Below, in pieces: positions 23,756 to 37,596 of a stretch of DNA of 64,000 nucleotides (positions are counted from its first letter, which is position 1; every line of letters begins with the position of its first letter). Made by a program: the position numbers and the translations under genes. The DNA is from Octopus sinensis (Eukaryota). The notes under the pieces are model-generated. The model did no database searches. It saw only the letters and a list, made by a program, of their open reading frames with translations, and was not told the origin of the DNA. Location: NCBI RefSeq assembly GCF_006345805.1, contig NC_042997.1, positions 31,372,001 through 31,436,000 of the forward strand, in the 5' to 3' direction.

Positions 23756-24247
23756 TATGTTTAAAAGTACACATGCACACAGATACACACACATATGAAG
23801 ATATGACATATATTTGTGTGTGTGCATGTGTGTATTTATTCACAATTACGCATGTGTATCCCTGTGAATTCACACATATATTGCTTACAAGACATATACA
23901 CTGACATAAATGTGTATTTTCACCCTACATGCCAACGCACAAGCATGCTGAGGCTAATGTACAAAGAAGTGTATAGTAATGCTTTCATAAATACTTCGCA
24001 AAACATATTACACGCACTCACACATATATCTGCATACATACACCTACACATACACACACACACAAACACATATGTACGTGTGTATGTGTGTGGATATTTG
24101 TATGCATATTTGTACGTGTTTGTGTGTGTGTGTGTGGTGTATGAGCGTGTGTGTGTAAACTCTAACCTCGTTTATATACATTTTCGCGACTTCACACCTA
24201 AAGTACACACATTTATCTACATAAGTATTGATCTTATTTGACAAAGC

Positions 24248-24256
24248 CATATATAC

Positions 24257-24297
<41 letters not shown>

Positions 24298-24341
24298 ATG
24301 TGTATCTATGTAGTATGTATGTATGTATGTATGTATGTATG

Positions 24342-24376
<35 letters not shown>

Positions 24377-24395
24377 GTATGTATTATATATATAT

Positions 24396-24428
<33 letters not shown>

Positions 24429-24455
24429 GTGTATGTATGTATATATATATCTATA

Positions 24456-24491
<36 letters not shown>

Positions 24492-24657
24492 TATATATAT
24501 ATATCTGTATGTATGTATGTATGTATGTATGTATATATATATATAGGATATATATATATATTATTTATGTATGTATGTATGTATATATATATATATATAT
24601 GTTGTATGTATGTATGTATGTATATATATGTATATATATATAATATATATATATATG

Positions 24658-24688
<31 letters not shown>

Positions 24689-24696
24689 TGTATATA

Positions 24697-24732
<36 letters not shown>

Positions 24733-24772
24733 TGTATATATATATATATGTATGTATGTATGTATGTATATG
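24248..24772. repeat. Compound (TA)n/(TATG)n microsatellite
   Basis: Direct inspection. Confidence 0.95.
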
Positions 24773-25436
24773 TAGCACTTTATCGAAATATATATTAAAA
24801 ATAAGTCCTATAGACAGCGTTGCGAATTAGACAGAATTAAGTTTTTTTTCACTTCTTTTCCATCTTATATATTAAGAGAGAGGAAGAAAAAAAATTGGAT
24901 GAAAAAAAATTCAGTCAGATGAAAAAATTCTGACTATACAAAACAAATGAAGAGAGAAAGTAGTGAAAAATATTTAAAACCCATCCCACACTTCAGAAAA
25001 AAAAAAAAAAAAAAACGAATTTGAATAAAAACAAAGAAAAGACAACGTAAATATCTAATGATAAACGAACGAAGCAGGCAACAAAAAGCAAAGACTGTAA
25101 CATCGACAACAGATCGTTGAAAACAACACTAGTTATAATATGAGCTTTTTTTTTTCTTCCTAAGACACTCAGTAGATTAAAGTTGATGAGCTCTTTTCAC
25201 ATCTTCTGCATCTCTCTTTATTTTTGTCATTGTTTCTCTACTTGTGTATTTTTAAATATGGCTGCCGTTTCTTGTTTTTTGGTTGTTCTTTTCTTTTTGT
25301 TTCTCATTCCAGTTCGTATTTTGTGTTCAGTATTTTGGGAAAAAGCTGGCAAACAAATCTCATTGGCAAGTATTGTAATCTTCATCCGGGAAATTTATCT
25401 AAATATTTTTTGTTTCAATGCTCAGTTCAATGGTTA

Positions 25437-25506
<70 letters not shown>

Positions 25507-25757
25507 ATCTATCTATCCACTGTTTGTCCTTCTTCTTGCCTGCCTATTTGTCTTTCTATTTCTCTCTGCCAGTGTTTGTGTGTGTGTATGTGTGTGCGCG
25601 TGCGCGCGTGCGTGTGGGTATGTGTGTGTTTATCTATCAATCTATCTATATATCTATCTATCTGCCTGCCTGCCTGCCTGTCCATCTATTTGTATGACTA
25701 TCTATTTATCTATCTATCTACCTGTCTGTATTTCTGCCTGTCTGTCTGTTTGTATGA

Positions 25758-25842
<85 letters not shown>

Positions 25843-26586
25843 CATATATCTATCTATCTATCTGTTTTTTTTCTTATGTATCTGAAACAGTTAAGTTATT
25901 TTCACGTCTATGAATCCTTCTGTAATTATTAATGTATCAATTTCGTTTCGCTTTGTAAGCCTCCCTGTTTTTCTCTGCTTCTTTTTCTCGTCTTTTAGTC
26001 ATACCTCAATAACTATATAAATTTTTGCAACTATTTTCAGTTTGTTTGAGCTCATAAAAGAAATGTCTATATATGTGTTAAATAGAAGTGTCACTATTAT
26101 CTATCGCATATTTTTAGGAATGAAACTAGAAGAAATGTATGCATGCATATGCGTAGTCTATGCTCGAATACATGTATGCACATACATATGTGTGTGTGTG
26201 CATGTACGCGCACGGACGCGTGCATGCATTTTTCTATGTTTATATATATGTAGTCATATGCATGTAGGCATATTTCTGCACACACACACACACACACACA
26301 CACCACATATATATATATATATATATATATATGCATAATTGCGCTTTCATGTACGTATATTGAAGTTACAAACTCGCATATGTATGCATGCATTTTAGAA
26401 TGTGTGTGTGCGTGCATATGTGCATGTGTGCCTCTCTCTGTGTGTGTGTGTATGTGTATGTGTGTATAGAATTATCACCGAGGGCGTTGACAGAGGAAAG
26501 CATAAAACAAATATGTCATATATATGTTCACTTCCACACATGTGAAATATTTATACGTTCATATGATTACATAGATGCATATATAC

Positions 26587-26645
<59 letters not shown>

Positions 26646-26727
26646 TGTGTTGTGTTATGTGTGTGTGTGTGTATGTGTGTGTATCTATATGTATATATAT
26701 GTATGTATATATATATATAATATATAT

Positions 26728-26759
<32 letters not shown>

Positions 26760-27243
26760 ATATATGCGTGTATACTTACAACAATGCATGCAAATATGTA
26801 TAGAGAAACATACATATTCTACCATATATATGTGTGTGTGTATGCTTCTGTATGTGTATAGATATACTTAAAAATATGTAAAATATTTAACATATTATGT
26901 GCATACAAGTTATAAATAGTGAAGTAGTTACACAGACCAAGAAACAAACCAAATTCTCTATATTATCAATATATTTGTCGATAAAATTACAGGATGAGAA
27001 AGACAAAAGAAAACAAGCAACCATATGAAAAAAACAAAAAATTAAGAATCGAAAAATTTCCGTGTTATGTGTACTATACAAAAAATATTATCGGATCAAT
27101 TGGAATTGAAGTGTAAAAGAAAATAATATTTAACATCTTAAATAGCAAAAAGAATTATTCTTAAGAGTGTTGAAGAAAGACAAAAATAAGATTCATTGCA
27201 GAGGAAAAGAATTAAAACTGAATGTTTGTGTGAACGCGTGTTC

Positions 27244-27283
<40 letters not shown>

Positions 27284-27578
27284 AAGTGTGTAAGTGTGTG
27301 TTTACGTGCAAGTATGTAGATAGATACACCTATGAAGAGATATGGAGTAGAAAGAATATGTTATTGAGAAAATATTCGGTAAAATATTTTCTTGAAATTT
27401 AGTCTTAAATACTCTTGCAAAATGTAATCTTGAGCTATTATAAAAAAAACACATAGAGCACAGTATGTCTCTACATTGACGACACACGCATGCGTACTCA
27501 TGCACATAGACTCACACAATATATGTTTGTGGATATGTTCGGATGTATGCATATATATGTATATGCGTGTTGGCATAC

Positions 27579-27692
<114 letters not shown>

Positions 27693-27980
27693 TTGTCTGT
27701 CTGTATGTATGTACGTACATATACATATATGTGTGTGTGCGCGCGCATAAGTTCATACGTGGTACATAGAGGTGTATACATTATTAAAAAAACAATGAAG
27801 CCCACACAATAATACACACAAGACACATACTTAAACGCCCTTGCTCTAAATGCGCACATATTGGTTTCATTTATTAACTTTTGCACAGAGAAATATTCGC
27901 ACGCACGAACACGAACACACTCACACAGATACAGATACGTGTGCATACACAGAAATATACGCACATGATAATTTAGAAAC

Positions 27981-28057
27981 ACATTATTTACATTATTTAC
28001 ATTATTTACATTATTTACATTATTTACATTATTTACATTATTTACATTATTTACATT
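27981..28057. repeat. (ACATTATTT)n 9-bp minisatellite (about 8 units), derived from a PLE terminus
   Basis: The reverse-complement unit ATGTAAATA occurs 2-3 times in the opposite arm at 28208-28235. Confidence 0.9.
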
Positions 28058-28090
28058 CTACGGATATTTATCCTCATCTTGTTTGTTGTT

Positions 28091-28136
28091 AACACAACGT
28101 TTCGACTGATATACCCTCCAGCCTTCATCAGGTGTC
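28091..28136 (-). ncRNA. Minimal type I hammerhead ribozyme motif, canonical core
   Basis: Minus strand GACAC CTGATGA A GGCTG-(loop)-CAGTC GAA AC GT T GTGTT: stem I GACAC/GTGTT, stem II GGCTG/CAGTC, palindromic ACGT stem III. Confidence 0.75.
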
Positions 28137-29559
28137 TTGGGGAAATTTCGAACCTGGAGAAGGCTGGAGGGTACATCAGCCGAAAGATGAGGACAAATAT
28201 TCGTCGAATGTAAATAATGTAAATAATGTACATAATTCCTCATCTCTTAAATATAGAGCTGAATTTAGAAGCAAAACCACCAACGGTTAGAGACGAGATA
28301 TATATACAGGCACTTGAAAGCGTCGCGCACAAATGTAGACATACATTTTCTTACGAGGTGAATTCCTGGCTTGATAGAAGTCCATTAAATATGATAATAG
28401 ATTTATGAAACATAACGCGTAATAGAAATACAATGTGCTATAATACTCCGTTACATACATCACAGGAATGAGACAAACATCCCCACTTCTAGCAGATATA
28501 GTAGAATATTCAATAGATATACAGTGAAATTATACTATACCGAATTTTGTGGAAGTTATAGAGGCTCTTAACCTTATAAAATTGAACATCTGTAGAATAA
28601 ATGAACTTCTATAAAATAATCTCGGTTCAACTTTAATGAATCACATTTCCCCAGCCAGGTTAACAGGGGCAATAATATCCAGATATCTCATATATGTTAT
28701 AATATTAACACTAATACATTAAATAGGAGTTTTTATAACAATTATCCTTATGGAAAGTGTAATTATAAGAACCGTAGCAAATGGCCCCTTTATAACCGAT
28801 GTCTCAGGAAGAATATAATATGTAACTGTTTGGTGGAAACATCTGAGAAAATCTGTTACTATACAGGCGCTTTCGGCTACAAAATTCAAGTCCAGAAACA
28901 TAATCATATTCAATCTTTTAAATACAAAAGTAAATGAAATTTGTATTTTGTTGCCCAAGTTCACCAGGGGACTCACACGAAAAAATATTGACTACATTGT
29001 TTAGTGGTCAAGCATATGTAAGGCTCTTCCACATAGCCGAGGTGGTTGGAGATACAATTTGTGCATAGAGGCGGTGTTTGAACTACTCATTTGTAATTCT
29101 AACCTAATTAACAAACATGACGAATTATGATTCGCCGCTCTCGCTTATTAGTAAAACATTCACAAAATTGCTATGTTTGGGGACGGTCATTTTGCCAACA
29201 AGCACACCTACACAAAAATCCCTTTTGATCAATTTATTTGGGTATAAATAAATTAAAACACTATCTAAATTACGTTATTAATAATCCTACCCCTTCCTTC
29301 TTAATCTACACTCTTTGCAATAGAAATACTCATTTCCCAACTAGTTTTCAAATTTTCATCTAATTCCTAAGTGCTTGCATCAAACGTAATTCTGTTTAAT
29401 ATATTATTTAATTGAATAATAAATTGATTGATTACGCATAAAAACCATTTTATGATGCGGGAACATTCCCTCACTTTATTTGAAACATATCTGAGCGAAT
29501 AAAGTTATGTAAGAATATAATTCTTCATTTTTTTGTCTGATTACTCTCTGCCTCTCGCT

Positions 29560-29633
29560 GTTGAGCGTCCAATAATACTATATTTTTCCACGTCCCCGCG
29601 TTGTTGTGTTTTTTTGTGCTTTCATGTTTGGAT

Positions 29634-29640
<7 letters not shown>
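29560..29640 (+). mobile_element. PLE extreme 3' fragment, same family as 522-716
   Basis: TTGAGCGTCCAATAATACT...CCACGTCCCCGCGTTGTTG...TGTTTGGATTAACT followed by (TA)n. Confidence 0.65.
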
Positions 29641-29722
<82 letters not shown>

Positions 29723-29726
29723 CATA

Positions 29727-30565
29727 CAAGTTCTGATCAATAAGTAGTCGGACTGTTGCCAAAGTAACGAAGCCAAAGCATGCAAAGTGAAACCGCTTGG
29801 CACGAATTGACGTTCCCGCTCACTTCCGCTGTTTACAGCAGTGCTTGGAAGGAAGGTGTTTAGGGTGTTATCATCGCATTGACCATGACAGAGAAAGTTG
29901 TCATAGTGATACCTGCTCAGCTACGCAATTGGTAGGTGTATGGAGATGAGTCTATGAGCTGCATACGTGGTTCAGACGTACCAAGATGGCCGAAAAATGT
30001 CGATATTGACGAACGCTCTTGGAGAGCTGCAACCTGCAGAACTGAGAAAAAACATCGCAGATGTGCGCGCAGCAGAGAGTGGAAATAATCGAATCACCAT
30101 CCGTGAGTTATCAGAAGATGTGCAGATTAGTTCAGTCCAGTTCAGTCCAGTCCATTATCACTGAAGTTTTGGGTATGAGATGCGTGTTTGTGCCAAAACT
30201 TCATCCCGCTGACCAAAAAGACACTCGGGTTTCATTCAGTTGTACAAGATATCCTTGATTGTGTCAAGAACGATGAAACATCTTTGAAAACTTTGTGTAA
30301 GCATCTGAGTAAGTATCGTCAAGCTTTTGGCAAAATTTTGATGCAGATTCTCTGATCAACATTTTCTGTCATGGTCAATGCGACGATTACATGCTACACA
30401 CCTTCCTTCCAGCACTGCTGTAAACAGCGGAAATGGGCTAGAATGTTAAAACTTAATGCACATGCACAGCAGTGTTTAAGGTTAATATGTGCCAAGCAGC
30501 TTCACACTGCGTGCTTTAGCTTCCTTTCTATAGCAACAGTCCGGATACTTATAGATCACACCACG
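29727..30565 (+). mobile_element. Internally deleted mariner element with long imperfect TIRs
   Basis: TA|CAAGTTCTGATCAATAAGTAGTCGGACTGTTGC ... GCAACAGTCCGGATACTTATAGATCACACCACG|TA; transposase remnant RITIRELSEDVQIS..SVQSIITEVLGMRCV..VPKL. Confidence 0.85.
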
Positions 30566-30580
30566 TATATATATACATAT

Positions 30581-31053
30581 AGACGTCACTAAAATGACAG
30601 AAGGTACGAGGTAGTGCCTGCATTGCTAGAATTAAGGGTGAATACAACTCCATCGCCACAGAAACACTATCTTAATCACTGACAAGGGAAGACAAGTACC
30701 CCAGCGGATATAACCAGATCGCTGGTAATTTTGAATTATTATGCAGAGCATTTTAATTCTCATCGGTGGCTCTTGACGTGCCTAGCGTTAAACTCAACTC
30801 ACCTTGTCAGCTTATACGGAAACCGTTGAACGCTGATTTCAAAAACACTAAACGTGAAAACTACGAATAATATGGGTGGTTTATTAGCGATTTAATAACC
30901 TAAAGGCGAATGTAGAGACGTCACTAAAGTGACAGAGGTTACTAAGTGGTACTAGCATTGCTAGAAATAAGAGTCAAAACGACTCCATCGCCACAGAAGT
31001 ACTATCTTAATGACTGATAAGGAGAGACAAGCATGCCAGCGGACATAGCCAGA
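30581..31053 (+). repeat. Diverged about 138-bp direct repeats, period 335 bp
   Basis: AGACGTCACTAAA..TGACAGA..GCATTGCTAGAA..ACTCCATCGCCACAGAA..ACTATCTTAAT..AGACAAG..CCAGCGGA at 30581 and 30916. Confidence 0.85.
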
Positions 31054-31310
31054 CGACCGGGGAGAATTAAGATTCTCTGCATCAAAATTCGAAATCACCA
31101 GAGCTTTCCTTTCGTTTTTACTCTGAGTTTCAATTTTCTGTTTTTCACTGATTTAAAAAGTATACAAATCATATATCATGTGTCTCCAACCATAGCTTCA
31201 AGTCAAGTAAAACTTTGGGTGAGATGTCAGAGTGTCTGAGTGTGCTGTATCTTCCAGATACATACATGCATGTCTATAGGAATACATACATACATACATA
31301 CATACATACA

Positions 31311-31344
<34 letters not shown>

Positions 31345-32129
31345 CATACATACATACATGCGTACGTACATTACATACATATATACATACATACATATAT
31401 ACATACATACATACATATATACATTATATGCACACATACTACGTACATACATAATACAAGTTCAGGTATATACCTGTAATTATTGGATACCTGGGATATG
31501 TTACACACTGCCTGAATACCAATCTTGATAAATTAGGCTTCTCAAAACCAGAATTTTATATTTTATATATATATGAGCATGTCTAGATATGCAAATATAT
31601 GCATGAAAAAACATACATAAAGCAAAACATACAAATCTGCACATATGCATGCATACATACATGCATACCCTGTTGTTTATGATGAAATTTCAATGAAAGA
31701 GTTTTGAATCTAGGTTAGAAACCAGCTCTATTGGTAAGAAATCTTGAAATAAAACTGAACAATGACATACATACATACATGCAAGCATACATACATACAT
31801 ACATCATACATACATACATACATACATAGAAACCTTCTGAGTGAAATTGGGTGGATGGAAGTTTCATAGAAGCCCGTCGACATGTGTGATTCAAGACCCT
31901 GTACTGGATCTTGCATTAAACGAATCTGGTGGTAAAATGAAAGTGACACTTTGTCCCCCAATCGTATTTTAGAAGTTGATGGTAAAATGAAGTGTGTGAT
32001 TTTCTTACCGTTACAAACGTACAATAGTAATTATTCCAGGTGCACATTTTAAAATGCGTGTGACCGGTGAAACAGAAAAGCATGTGTGTGAAGATGCGTT
32101 ATAGAAGTAGAGAGAATGAGTTTAATAAA

Positions 32130-32571
32130 TCTCTATATATGTAAAGCAAGTTTTGGTAAATGCTGCATATTGTGATAAATCTGTCTATATATAAAGCTGA
32201 AGTTGTCTGTGTATGGCAGGTTTGGTAGCCTTCAACTAACACTATCTCCACCGAGACCCTGCGGCGCAAGTTGACCAAAATTGAGAGTCTGATAGAAGAA
32301 GGCTTGCTCTTTATTCCGTAGGAGAAAAATTCCAATCAGGCCATGTTAACACCAAAAATTATTTACATCAAAAAGGTGCTTTTTTTCTATGAAAATCCCT
32401 ATTTTTTACGATTTTTCTACTGCTGTGTCGCCATTTTTCGGTGTATTTCAACCAGAAAAATGTTCACTAAAAGAGAATAACAAGCTACATAATGCAAAAT
32501 TTTTACTTTTCAAAAATTCCAATTCTTAAAGCGTCGAAACAAACCCGAGCAACGCCGGGCGATGCTGCAAG
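32130..32571 (+). mobile_element. Non-autonomous Helitron
   Basis: A|TCTCTATATAT 5' end, 3' hairpin CCCGAGCAACGCCGGG, ends CAAG|T (consensus with the other copy is CTAG); A/T insertion site, no TSD. Confidence 0.8.
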
Positions 32572-33006
32572 TAATATATAAAGAGGGAGTTCACATTAAC
32601 AATTTATCTTCAACCTACATACAACTTGTTACTCTTCCTTCTGCTATTAGCATAACGTTATGCGTCTATATAGAATGTCACTTTGTAGATTGCGGGTGTT
32701 TGCTGATTCTGTTAAGTTCTAAGAATACTCATCGGAGAACATCCGTGTCTGTTGAAGAATCGCATTATCTATGTCATCATTTTCTCAATTGTTCTGTGAA
32801 TCGGTGCTTTGGGCGTATACTTACCCTCCCAAGCATGCCATTTACTCTGTATTTTATTTTAACCATTTTATGTAAAGAAATCTATTGTTTAGTGAGTAAT
32901 ATAATAGAAAAACGGCGGGAAAATAGTTAATCTTTAATTCATGGGTAAGATTTCGATGAAATAAGCTGACTATTAGCACGGTAAAAGAAAACTAGACAAA
33001 GAGATT

Positions 33007-33168
33007 TGCTATAAAGTCCGCTGTTAACACAGAGTTCACCTTTTTTGTCAAATATAAGTATGATCCTAACTAATTTTAGAAAGTCCTTTTATGCCATGAG
33101 TGATACTTCAGAAAATAGCTTTCACGAAGTTGCGAAGTTGGCGAGAATTTCTGCCTTGTGTGTATTTC
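33007..33168 (+). repeat. 162-bp copy of 35157-35317 flanked by a 19-bp direct repeat
   Basis: AAAACTAGACAAAGAGATT at 32988-33006 and 33169-33187; insert aligns at roughly 90% by eye to 35157-35317. Confidence 0.9.
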
Positions 33169-33619
33169 AAAACTAGACAAAGAGATTACTAGACAACAAC
33201 AAGAGGAAATTTGAATTTTACAATGGTGCTACTGACATGACAGTTGTAATTTAAACAGGCGAAGAAAATCTCACTCATAAAGAAACTATTCAACTTCAAA
33301 CTGCGAAAAGAAAATGAAGATGATTACAAGAAATCAATGATCAACGTGAAGTAAAAAAAAAAGTTCCGGAAAATAAGAACAAGAAATACAAAAATCGGAA
33401 TGAAAGCTGGAGATAAAAAATGATTATGACTAACTGAAAGCAAGCAAAATTCAAGACAAGATGAAACAAAGGCAAAACTCGAAAAAGAATGAAAACAAAT
33501 AGATGAATGACTTCAAAATGAAAATGCTGGGTACAAATAAGAAATAAAATTGATTACTGGAGAAAGGAAGATTAATTGCTGGGGTTCTTATTACTGAAGG
33601 CAGAAGACAATGAGAGGTA

Positions 33620-34007
33620 TGGATGGAAGTACTCCGTCGGTTACGACGACGAGGGTTCCGGTTGATCCGATCAACGGAACAGCCTGCTCGTGAAATTAAC
33701 GTGTAAGTGGATGAGCACTCCACAGACACGTGTACCCTTAACGTAGTTCTCGGGGATATTCAGTGTGACACAGAGAGTGACAAGGCCGGCCCTTTGAAAT
33801 ACAGGTACAACAGAAACAGGAAGTAAGCGTGAGAGAAAGTTGTGGTGAAAGAGTACAGCAGGGATCACCACCATCCCCTGCCGGAGCCTCGTGGAGCTTT
33901 AGGTATTTTCGCTCAATAAACACCCACAACGCCCGGTCTGGGAATCGAAACCGCGATCCTACGACCGCGAGTCCGCTGCCCTAACCACTGGGCCATTGCG
34001 CCTCCAC
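33620..34007 (-). mobile_element. SINE family A, full length, 12-bp TSD
   Basis: TSD CAATGAGAGGTA at 33608-33619 and 34008-34019. Confidence 0.95.
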
Positions 34008-34353
34008 CAATGAGAGGTAAGTGTCAAATAAATAAACGCAAGATTTCAAAATAATAGACAGTAACCTTACTTTTCCAGAAGAATATTTATTCTCATTTGA
34101 GGGGGATTATGAAAATTGTTTGCTGATCAATTTGCGCCGAACATTTTTATCAAAGCATCTCTCAGATTGTGAATTCAATAACTATGTCACAATGGTGAAA
34201 CAACATAGTTTAACCGATTATTTTGCTCATCGGTTAAACTAACAAATCGAAACAAAATACACTTCAAAGATAGCATTACATCCCTGATCAAAAATATGAA
34301 CCAAACTTTTTTGCCAATTTGGTACGATAAAATGTATCTATATGGAAGTTTGA

Positions 34354-34580
34354 AAATATTCTTTTCTACTCTTGGCACAAGGCCCGAAATTTTGGGGGAG
34401 GGGACCAGTCGATTAGATCAACCTAACCTCAGTACGCAAGTGGTACTTAATTTATCAACCTCGAAAGGATGAAAAGCAAAGTCGACCTCGGAAGAATTTG
34501 AACTCAGAATGTAAAGACAGACGAAATACCGTTTAGCATTTCGCCCGGTGTGCTAACGTTTCTGCCAGCTCACCGCCTTC
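34354..34580 (-). mobile_element. SINE family C (tail type ii), 9-bp TSD
   Basis: Head AAGGCGGTGAGCTGGCAGAAACGTTAGC, B box GTTCAAATTC; TSD GAAGTTTGA at 34345-34353 and 34581-34589. Confidence 0.9.
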
Positions 34581-35767
34581 GAAGTTTGATTACATTATAC
34601 CCCTAAATGGTTACAATAATTCCTCTGCATGCTTTTAATAGTATTTTAAAGGAGGAAAACGTGTTTCACAAAGTTGCATGTTTGGTTTTATGAAGAATAC
34701 GAGTACAAAAATAGTACAAGAAATTTCATTTAATGTTGAAATACAAGATTGTGTCGAGATAATTCTGAGTACGACTTAGCTAGACTAAGTCATGGATGTT
34801 CCTTTCGTCTAAGACATAATTTCAGTAAAGAAAGAAAATATACTCCGTACTGTTGCAGATACATATTCTAAAGTCTACGAGCCAGTGAAGAAGAAGAACC
34901 ATATTTCTCTATCCATTATTGAAAAATAAGGTCTAAGTTTCCAGAAAACCGGTTCTACAGCAAAGAAGAAAATTCTGACAGGGATAGAACCACTATAATT
35001 ACAGAGGAAATTTTTACTTGTAATATAAGAAATAAAAGCGTGCAGCAACTGTCAAAAGACTTTAGATCTGTTAGACTTTAGAAACAAGATTATTTCCAGA
35101 ATGGTCAAACAAAAAGGTCAAACGATGTTGTTTTCTCTTTTCCTTCTAAAACCATTTGCTATAAAATCCGCTGTTAACACAGAGTTCACTTTTTTGTCAA
35201 GTATAAGTATGATCCTAACTAATTTTAGAAAGTCCTTTTATGCCAAGAGTGATACTTCAGAAACTTGGTTTCTCGAATTTGCGAAGTTGGCGAAAATTTC
35301 TACCTTGTGTGTATTTCAAAAATAGTGTCGCACAGAGGTGAAGGGAGTTGAATTTCAACTGCAGGTATTTGCATAGATAACCAATTATGAGCTTATACCT
35401 TAAACTATTAGAAAAACCAAATGCAACGCAACATTCAAAAACAAAATGCTCTTACACAAACCGCAAAAATCTTTCTAAAAACGATGTTCGACCAGGTTAG
35501 CAACGTAGGTAGCATGCAACCAGTCAGTCGCAGGGTTAAGCAACCCCATCGACGAAAACTGGTATAGATTTTTAGTTCAGTTAAGTAAAAGAAGTTGAAA
35601 TGAAAAAATGTCTTGTCCACGGACACAAAACACAAACAGACCCAGGAACCGAACAGAGGACTTTCTGATTTTCTGATCATCAACCCACGCCCATTAGGTT
35701 ACGCATCTTCATAGCTTGTATATGCATTATACTTAAACATATAAATATACATGCACGCACATATATT

Positions 35768-35855
<88 letters not shown>

Positions 35856-35856
35856 A

Positions 35857-35906
<50 letters not shown>

Positions 35907-35991
35907 ATATATATGAATACATACATATGCATATATAGATATGTAGATATATAGTATGTTGATATGTACAAACACACTAACGTAGATATAG

Positions 35992-36034
<43 letters not shown>

Positions 36035-36792
36035 ATATATATATAAGTATATATATTTATATATATATATATGTATATATGTACATTTATATACATACAT
36101 ATACATATATAGATATACACACAAAGACATACATACACATTCATGTATGTGCATTACACATGCATACACTTGTAAACATGCATAAGCACATACACATTGA
36201 AATAACCTCACCGACAAACTCATATGAAGAAAGACTCATATACACACACACACACACACATGCACACATACACACACTCTCTCTCTCTTCCCCCCTCTCT
36301 CTCGAAGACATACATACAGCCACGCACACATTTGAATCTGTCTTAAGAAGAACACTAAGTCAGCCGTCAACATGGTTTCCATTGTGGCTGATGATATGTA
36401 TAAAAATTGACATATCGTCTAATCCACAGCTACTATTTCGGCTGGCAATGGATCAGATAAGAGAAACAGGTTCACATCCTTTCCCTGTTTCTTCCCCATC
36501 TTTCTTCATTGCTTCCTTATCATCGGATCAATTTTCATATCGTCGTCGCCAAATTCAATCTCCCCAATTTTTTTTTTTTTCAAAAAATAAATTTTCGAAA
36601 AAATTTTATCTATAAATTTTAGAGATTATTTTTATGTATTTATGCGTTATTTTGTTCACTTAAAATATTTTTCTTTTCTAATTTTGAAACTAATACATTT
36701 TCCGATATGTGTGAGTTTATGTGTAATATATATATATATATATACATTGTATATGTGTGAGTGCGTGTTATACATACATACATATATCTATG

Positions 36793-36861
<69 letters not shown>

Positions 36862-37596
36862 ATAAACACATATATATGTGTGAGTGCGTGTGTATCATAC
36901 CTATCTATCTATCTATCTATCTATAATATCAAAATACCTATATTTTTTCCAACTTCACTTTTCTTGCTCACCTTTCATTCATTTCTCTATCTATCATTCT
37001 GTCTATTTGCTCAGCTATATTACTCTGTGTATACACCCATGGGTATATGTATAATGTATGCGTAAATATATATCATGTTTATGTGTATGCAGGCATGCAT
37101 ATAACATTTTATAAATGAAAAGAAAAAAATGCTTTGTGTGTGTATACATAAATAGTATATATACATATGTAAACAATCTACGTATACATACATGCGCATG
37201 AATGTATATACTGTAGAAAACATATACATATTTAGCATCATGCATTTGTAAACCTTACTTTCAAATTACAGCGAAGTTACTGGTAGAATTCGAACCACAA
37301 ATACGTTATTTCCTAAACAGACAAGCAACCATGTCGTTGGCACAACACTAAATGCACATAAGTATTTAACACAATTATTATTTATTTACAAATTAGATAT
37401 TTCTGAAATGTTAGTTATGTAATAATCAATAAACAGAATGTATAAAGTAAAGTTTGAGCTTTTATATGGTCACTTGATTTGCTAGAAATAGTAACAAAAT
37501 ATCCCTTAAAAAGAAAGGATGAGTAGTCTTAGATACTCCAAAAATGTTACTGTTACTGCCGGTCGGATGGAATGTTTTAGCGGCATGTGGCTCAAA

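Larger units (their letters stand above)
27981..28257. mobile_element. Penelope-like termini in inverted orientation
   Basis: Left arm (minus) carries an intact hammerhead motif; right arm (plus, about 28158-28257) repeats GAAGGCTGGAGGGTACATCAGCCGAAA but lacks stems III/I. Confidence 0.8.

Noticed and set aside
33007-35317. LTR retrotransposon defined by the 162-bp direct repeats (TG...CA-like ends)
   Set aside because: No 4-6 bp TSD around the pair, no primer-binding site, polypurine tract or gag/pol motifs; the left copy has its own 19-bp duplication.
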